From Promethearchaeota archaeon (GTDB taxonomy: Archaea; Asgardarchaeota; Lokiarchaeia; Sigyniarchaeales; SOKP01): a stretch of DNA of 64,000 nucleotides. Of this stretch, positions 58,827 through 64,000 are shown piece after piece. The notes under the pieces were generated by a model that was given only the letters and a program-made list of their open reading frames with translations, was not told the DNA's origin and did no database searches. The first letter of the stretch is position 1, and every line of letters begins with the position of its first letter. A program made the position numbers and the translations under genes. Location of the stretch: positions 1-64,000 of the forward strand of contig JBHLOI010000007.1 in the NCBI GenBank assembly GCA_048940645.1, given 5' to 3'.

Positions 58827-59156
58827 ATTTCAAAAGGTTTTATTAATAATTCTGGAGTAGATAATCTACTAAAAAGAAATGAATCCTTTGAAAATACTTC
58901 TTTTGTTGAAAATGGAGAATTTCAAATAGAAAATTTAGATTTTTCCCCCTTATTAAATGATGAAAATTTAGTTCAGAAGTGTGATTTAGCAAAAAAAGAA
59001 TATCTTACTATGGCAAATGATATCCATATACTTCTAAAAAAGTGTGATAATTTAAATAATAATCAGAAATTAGATTATTGTAATAACGAAAGATATTACA
59101 TGAAACAATATTTAAAATACACGTTATTAAAAGTTAATAAATGTGTTCCTGAATAA
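58827..59156 (+). CDS. Hypothetical 109-aa protein with probable ATT start
   Basis: Not in track. 110-codon frame (M)SKGFINNSGVDNLLKRNESFENTSFVENGEFQIENLDFSPLL...KYTLLKVNKCVPE; GAGATGA 6 nt upstream of the ATT. Confidence 0.6.
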   Translation: MSKGFINNSGVDNLLKRNESFENTSFVENGEFQIENLDFSPLLNDENLVQKCDLAKKEYLTMANDIHILLKKCDNLNNNQKLDYCNNERYYMKQYLKYTLLKVNKCVPE

Positions 59157-59233
59157 TTTAAAAATATAAAAATTAAAGTTATTAAATTCCAATCCTTAGG
59201 AAAACTAACTTTATTAGTATTAAATTTAAAATT

Positions 59234-60097
59234 ATGCAATTTTCAAAATCAATAGTTGAAATAATAAAAGAACGTACTTCCTGGAGAACATATTTAAAAA
59301 AACTCATAGAAAATGAACCAAGGAGCCAAATTGATAAACTTTTAAAATTAGAAGAAATTGATAGTCCTTTTAAAAATGTATCTGGGAGTTCTCGATTTCA
59401 TTTAATAAGTGTGCCAGAATTCGATCCCGAAGAGAATATTAAGATCGGAACTTACGGTATGATAAAAGGTGCTCAGGAATTTATAGCTGGAGTCACTGAG
59501 AAATCTAAGTACGATCTCGAGAATTACGGTTATATATTTGAAGCTATTATATTAGCAGCCACTGATATGAATTTAAAAACCTGCTGGCTGGGGGGTACGT
59601 TTCATCGTTCACAAATTTCTAAAATGATTCAACTTGAAGATAATGAGATAATTCCTGCTATAACTCCCATTGGATATCCTGCTACAAGAAGATTGAAAGA
59701 AAGATTCATTAGGTCTATGGCTAAAGCAAAAGTGAGAAAATCTTGGGATGAAATCTTTTTTATCGGAGATTTTAACACTCCAATTAATCAAAAAAATATT
59801 GGAGAATATAAAACAATTCTTGAAATGGTTAGGATTGCCCCATCAGCAGGGAATAACCAACCATGGAGGATATTAAAAGATAATAATCAAGATATTTATC
59901 ACTTTTTTGTAAAGTACTCGGATTCCAAAAGAGGTTCAATTTATAATGCGTTTGTGCGACTTGATATAGGAATTGCGGTGTGTCATTTTGATCTTACTGC
60001 TAAAGAATTAGGATTAAATGGAAGATGGGAATTTTTAAGTCCAGAAATTGACAAAGCAGAAAGCCTAAAATACATAATCTCTTGGAATTCAACTTAA
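59234..60097 (+). CDS. Nitroreductase family protein (duplicated-domain type)
   Basis: ERTSWRTY; GTYGMIKGA; TCWLGGTF; RIAPSAGNNQPWR; DIGIAVCHF. Confidence 0.9.
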   Translation: MQFSKSIVEIIKERTSWRTYLKKLIENEPRSQIDKLLKLEEIDSPFKNVSGSSRFHLISVPEFDPEENIKIGTYGMIKGAQEFIAGVTEKSKYDLENYGYIFEAIILAATDMNLKTCWLGGTFHRSQISKMIQLEDNEIIPAITPIGYPATRRLKERFIRSMAKAKVRKSWDEIFFIGDFNTPINQKNIGEYKTILEMVRIAPSAGNNQPWRILKDNNQDIYHFFVKYSDSKRGSIYNAFVRLDIGIAVCHFDLTAKELGLNGRWEFLSPEIDKAESLKYIISWNST

Positions 60098-60111
60098 TTT
60101 ATTAATCATTT

Positions 60112-60139
60112 CGTGAAACACTCATTTCACGTAATTTTT
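60112..60139 (+). terminator. Possible hairpin terminator after nitroreductase
   Basis: CGTGAAA-cactca-TTTCACG followed by a T-rich run. Confidence 0.35.
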
Positions 60140-60271
60140 ATTAAACAAAAAATAGAGTTTGTAGAGAGCAGCACTAAGTAAAATAAAAAAAAGTTATTGA
60201 TTTTTTCCAATTATTTCTTTTGCGAAACTTCGAGCTTCTTCCAGCTCTAAAGTTTTAACTATAGAGCTTAT

Positions 60272-60895
60272 TTATAAAAATTTTTTATTAAAACCAATAT
60301 ATAGGCTACCCAAAGCTAAACCTACTCCAACTAAGAAAGTAATACTTACTATATAAAATAGACCGAGTCTGCTGATATCTAAAAAGGTATATAAGTAATC
60401 ACCAGTGAAAATCCCGTGCATAAAAGAAAAAACTAAATAACCTATTGGATATATCGTCCAGTATGGAAGGTAGTTCCACTTATATTTCTTAGTTTCAGTG
60501 AATATCCAATCTACTATGAATGCGATTGGAGTAAGATAGTGTAAAATAATATTACTAAAAGCTGCCCATCCAGTAGGTTGGTAAAAGATCTGTAGTAAAA
60601 TAGCAAAGAAAATAAAAGTTGTTGTTATATAAAGAGTTAAAGCTCCTTTAAGAGGCCCCTTAATTTTCTCAAGAGATTCTGGTTTATTATACCAAAAAAT
60701 AGCTAGTGTAAACCATATGGTAACCATTAAGTTTGTTTGCATGGTGTAATATTTAAAACCGACTAACCAAATCAGAGGGTTTCCAGAAGCAATTGAACTA
60801 ATAAACCAACCAGTTATAATAGTAAACCAACTTAGCCCAGCAAAAATTATACGGTAAATTAAAACTGTTTTAATTGAAAGATTTATGTTTTTCAT
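60272..60895 (-). CDS. Pr6Pr-family membrane protein
   Basis: YYTMQTN, ILHYLTP..DW, YPIGYL...YLYTFLD. Confidence 0.78.
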   Translation of the reverse strand: MKNINLSIKTVLIYRIIFAGLSWFTIITGWFISSIASGNPLIWLVGFKYYTMQTNLMVTIWFTLAIFWYNKPESLEKIKGPLKGALTLYITTTFIFFAILLQIFYQPTGWAAFSNIILHYLTPIAFIVDWIFTETKKYKWNYLPYWTIYPIGYLVFSFMHGIFTGDYLYTFLDISRLGLFYIVSITFLVGVGLALGSLYIGFNKKFL

Positions 60896-61026
60896 TCTTA
60901 AAATAACCTATTTAAAATATAGTTGTATTGGTAAGTTGAATTATTGAATTAAAACCATTCCTTTTTATCCTTTTATTATATCATCAAAACCTATTTTATC
61001 AATAATACTCTCATTTAGCGTAATTT

Positions 61027-61578
61027 TTATCCAAATTTGTCATAATAAAATGTTGAAATTATCTGATCTTTAGTTTCAGATTTTAGCTCGTATTCAAGTT
61101 TTAAAAAGTTATCAAACCCATTTAAGGGATATTTATGAGATATTATAATAGCTTTATTTTTTGCTGTTAAAAATACATGGTATAAATATTTCTGCATTGT
61201 TGGTAATGAATATATGTAAATAAAATCAAAATCTATCAAGTCGATTTCATAGAAATCTCCATGGATAACCTTAATTTTCCTAAATAGTTTTCGGTGATAT
61301 AGCTTTTCCTTCTTTAATAATTTAATATGTCTTTTTGCTTCTTTTATTAAATTGTGATTAATTTCAATCCCTATGGATTTAATTCCGTAATTTAAAGCTG
61401 AATAAGCAATTATTTGGCCATTTCCAGAACCTAAATCAACTAATTTCTGATTTGAATTTTTAATTAATCTAAACCTAAGCCTTAAAGTTTCGAATATTTT
61501 CTGAATTAACTCTCCATTTGTTTCTAGAAATGGTAAATCTATTTGTGAACTGATTTCTAAAAAGCGAGATCTCTTCAT
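61027..61578 (-). CDS. Class I SAM-dependent methyltransferase
   Basis: LVDLGSGNG, GIEIN, GDF, FIYIY, ISHKYPL. Confidence 0.85.
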   Translation of the reverse strand: MKRSRFLEISSQIDLPFLETNGELIQKIFETLRLRFRLIKNSNQKLVDLGSGNGQIIAYSALNYGIKSIGIEINHNLIKEAKRHIKLLKKEKLYHRKLFRKIKVIHGDFYEIDLIDFDFIYIYSLPTMQKYLYHVFLTAKNKAIIISHKYPLNGFDNFLKLEYELKSETKDQIISTFYYDKFG

Positions 61579-61745
61579 CGGAAATATCTATTTTATTATA
61601 TTACACAATAATGTAAACTTTTTCTTTTCTTTCCATATTTTTAAGATTCTTAACCATTACAATTGTTAATAGTATTATTAAACTTTTAAAAGGAAAAAAA
61701 TTTCTAATATTAAAATTTTAAAACCTCTCAATTCCTTCTTACAAA

Positions 61746-62744
61746 ATGGCTAAAATATTAGTGACTGGTGGAACTGGTTTTATTGGTATTCCATTAGTAA
61801 AGAAATTAAACGAGTTGGGCCATGAGATTAAGCTTTTAGTACGAGAATCAAGTGATACTTCTCCTTTTCAAAACCTTGACAATATTGAATATGTTAATGG
61901 TGATGTTCGAGATATAGATAGCTTATATAAAGCAGTAGATAATATTGAAATGATCTATCATCTTGCAGCTTACACTGGAATATGGGCGCGAAAGAAATCA
62001 ATTTATTATGACGTTAATGTGAAGGGAATAGAAAACGTTGCTAATGTTGCTCTTGAAAAGAATCTTAAATTATTTTATGTTAGTTCTTTTACTGCCTTAG
62101 GTCCTACTCCTCCTGAACCTGTTGACGAAACCCATGAAAATCAAAATTTTTGTATGGAATATGAGAAATCAAAATTTCAGGCAAAAAAGTTGATTAAAAG
62201 TTTAATACCAAAAGGATTGAAAGTAATAATATTTTATCCAGGAATCGTATATGGTCCAAGAGATTTTAATGTTTTTGGTAGAATGCTATATGATGTCATG
62301 AGAGGAAAAATTCTTCCCTTAGGAGTATGTCCTGGAGAGGGAGGTTCTATGACTTGTCTATCTTATGTATATGATTTATCAAATGCATTTGTAAGTGTAG
62401 TCAATAGAGAAGACCTTTTTGGGGAAGATTTTATTCTAGGTGGAGAAAATGTTAAATTTAGAGAATATTTAGATTTAATTGCTGAAATTGGAAGAGATAA
62501 AAAAGCAAAAAAGCTTCCATTCTGGGTTACGATAGTTTATGCATGGTTATTGGAAGTAAAAGCTTTCTTCAATAAAAAAGTGCCTTATTTGACTCGACCT
62601 ACACTTAGAGCAATTAGATATCACAGAGCATATTCTTCAAAAAAAGCCATTGAAAAACTCAATTACAAAATTACACCCTTAAGAGAAGGATTAGAAAAAA
62701 CAATTAAATGGTACAAGGAATTTAATGAAAAAGAAAAAAGTTAA
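61746..62744 (+). CDS. NAD-dependent epimerase/dehydratase (HpnA/3-beta-HSD-like extended SDR)
   Basis: TGGTGFIG, HLAA, YEKSK, PGIVYGP. Confidence 0.9.
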   Translation: MAKILVTGGTGFIGIPLVKKLNELGHEIKLLVRESSDTSPFQNLDNIEYVNGDVRDIDSLYKAVDNIEMIYHLAAYTGIWARKKSIYYDVNVKGIENVANVALEKNLKLFYVSSFTALGPTPPEPVDETHENQNFCMEYEKSKFQAKKLIKSLIPKGLKVIIFYPGIVYGPRDFNVFGRMLYDVMRGKILPLGVCPGEGGSMTCLSYVYDLSNAFVSVVNREDLFGEDFILGGENVKFREYLDLIAEIGRDKKAKKLPFWVTIVYAWLLEVKAFFNKKVPYLTRPTLRAIRYHRAYSSKKAIEKLNYKITPLREGLEKTIKWYKEFNEKEKS

Positions 62745-62762
62745 GAAGGGGATTTTAAAACA

Positions 62763-63242
62763 ATGTTGGAAGAAGAGTTAACAAGTCAAATTATAGATCA
62801 ACAGAAATATAAGACAGAATTAGCAAAGAAATATACTACATTTCTATCAAAATATCCTGAAATCTTTTCTGATTTAATTTCTGGTTCAGATTTTGATTTT
62901 GCACTTTATGATACGATTGAAGATTATGATAATAGAGCCCCTGTAGATGTATTTAATGTATATTGCAATGGCCATGGAATAGAAATTAGACCAGGGCGAG
63001 CAGATGATTCTGATTTAGAACTAGCACTTTCAATAAAAGCTGTTAAAAAATTAATCCAAACAACAACTAAGGTGGAATATGCACAGCTTCTGGGCTATTT
63101 CTTTAATAACCCCGACGAGGAAAAAGGCTGGATCGATTTTATCTTGCATAAAAGGACTCAGATTTTAATTAATATGGGCTATGGAAGATTTGCTCGAACC
63201 GCTGGTATTCTCGAAGAGGATGATAATGTTTATAGTATTTAA
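62763..63242 (+). CDS. Hypothetical protein, possibly SCP2-like lipid-binding fold
   Basis: FNVYCNGHGIEIRPGRADDSDLELALS..AVKKL resembles SCP2 strand/turn pattern; weak. Confidence 0.45.
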   Translation: MLEEELTSQIIDQQKYKTELAKKYTTFLSKYPEIFSDLISGSDFDFALYDTIEDYDNRAPVDVFNVYCNGHGIEIRPGRADDSDLELALSIKAVKKLIQTTTKVEYAQLLGYFFNNPDEEKGWIDFILHKRTQILINMGYGRFARTAGILEEDDNVYSI

Positions 63243-63301
63243 AACTCTTTTTTAAATTAAATTTGAAATTATATTGAAATTCATAAAGGTAAATAGGATA
63301 A

Positions 63302-64000
63302 ATGTCAAAAGTTAAAGAATTAGAAATAAAAAATAAATATACAGGTGAAGTTTTAAGAACTATACCAGCAGACACTCCAGAGACGGTTCAAGAAAAAATA
63401 AAAGAAGTACATGCAAGTCAAAATCTCTTAAAAGAAATGGATTTTTTTGAGAGAGCTCAACTTCTTTCTAATTATGCAAGCAAATTGCGATTTAAAAAGA
63501 AGCAACTAAAAGATTTAATTGTAGCAGAAGGGGGTCTACCTATCAAATATTCAGAATGGGAATTGAATATTGTAATGACGGGATTTAGATTTTGTGACTG
63601 GTATTATCAATTCATAGAAGAGAAACCATTAACAAGCATAGAAGGAGAGCAATTTGTCAAAATAAGATATATTCCTCATGGATTAGCAGCATGCATTTCT
63701 CCTCGTAATACCCCTATAAGTCTTCCTCTTTATCAATGGGGGGCAAATTATTTAGTAGGTAATGCAGCCATCGTTAAACCTTCCACAGCTTGTCCACTAA
63801 CTATGATAGAAGCCCAATCCATGATGGAAGAAATGAATTTACCTGCTCTTGAAGCTCTTAATTTAGTAATTGCCCCTGGAAATTGGGCTGTTGATGAATT
63901 TCTTAAATCTCCATTGGTTAAAACTCTAATGACGATTACTTCCTCTCACACTGCTAAGGATATCTTAGTACGTTATGCCAATATCTTAAAAAAAACCGTT
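63302..64000 (+). CDS. Aldehyde dehydrogenase superfamily protein (partial, runs off window end)
   Basis: Not in track. NKYTGEVL, FERAQLL, AEGGLP, RYIPHGLAACISPRNTP, GNAAIVKPS. Confidence 0.85.
   Translation, partial: MSKVKELEIKNKYTGEVLRTIPADTPETVQEKIKEVHASQNLLKEMDFFERAQLLSNYASKLRFKKKQLKDLIVAEGGLPIKYSEWELNIVMTGFRFCDWYYQFIEEKPLTSIEGEQFVKIRYIPHGLAACISPRNTPISLPLYQWGANYLVGNAAIVKPSTACPLTMIEAQSMMEEMNLPALEALNLVIAPGNWAVDEFLKSPLVKTLMTITSSHTAKDILVRYANILKKTV

Noticed and set aside
3527-63375. Short ORF-track entries lying antisense or out of frame within larger genes (e.g. 3527, 5885, 10371, 12699, 19337, 25538, 32714, 37488, 41327, 44316, 46520, 52400, 54964, 63169)
   Set aside because: They overlap well-supported genes, show no motifs and have shadow-ORF composition.
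1-64000. Selenoprotein genes/SECIS, CRISPR arrays, tRNA/rRNA, transposases
   Set aside because: No gene with a convincing in-frame TGA at a Cys position, no regularly spaced repeat-spacer array, no cloverleaf or rRNA signature and no transposase/integrase motif was seen by eye.

Overview
AT-rich archaeal chromosome segment that is very probably from an Asgard archaeon of the Lokiarchaeota (Promethearchaeota) type. It encodes a Loki-type profilin, a Rab-like small GTPase, two longin-like proteins, a JAMM/MPN protease, a probable BRO1-like protein, ribosomal proteins L38e and L40e, SepRS, archaeal ThrRS and AspRS, and a group II chaperonin. Most of the window is housekeeping (translation, cofactor and lipid genes) with small accessory patches. 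No rRNA, tRNA, CRISPR array, transposase or integrase was recognised. The most unexplained signals are: (1) a ~505-nt non-coding unit at 22764-23270 with a 12-bp terminal inverted repeat, many internal stems, a well-placed TATA box and a U-tract end, which is a candidate novel large ncRNA; (2) several genes that appear to start at ATT/ATC codons behind good Shine-Dalgarno motifs, including one ORF the track missed entirely; (3) a divergent Xre/bPH_2/ABC-exporter plus micro-membrane-protein module with identical 14-bp operator-like sites at both promoters; (4) a legumain/GPI8-like clan CD peptidase with a large inserted domain; (5) a Cys-to-Asp change at the ThrRS zinc site. All family calls come from motif recognition by eye, not from database searches.
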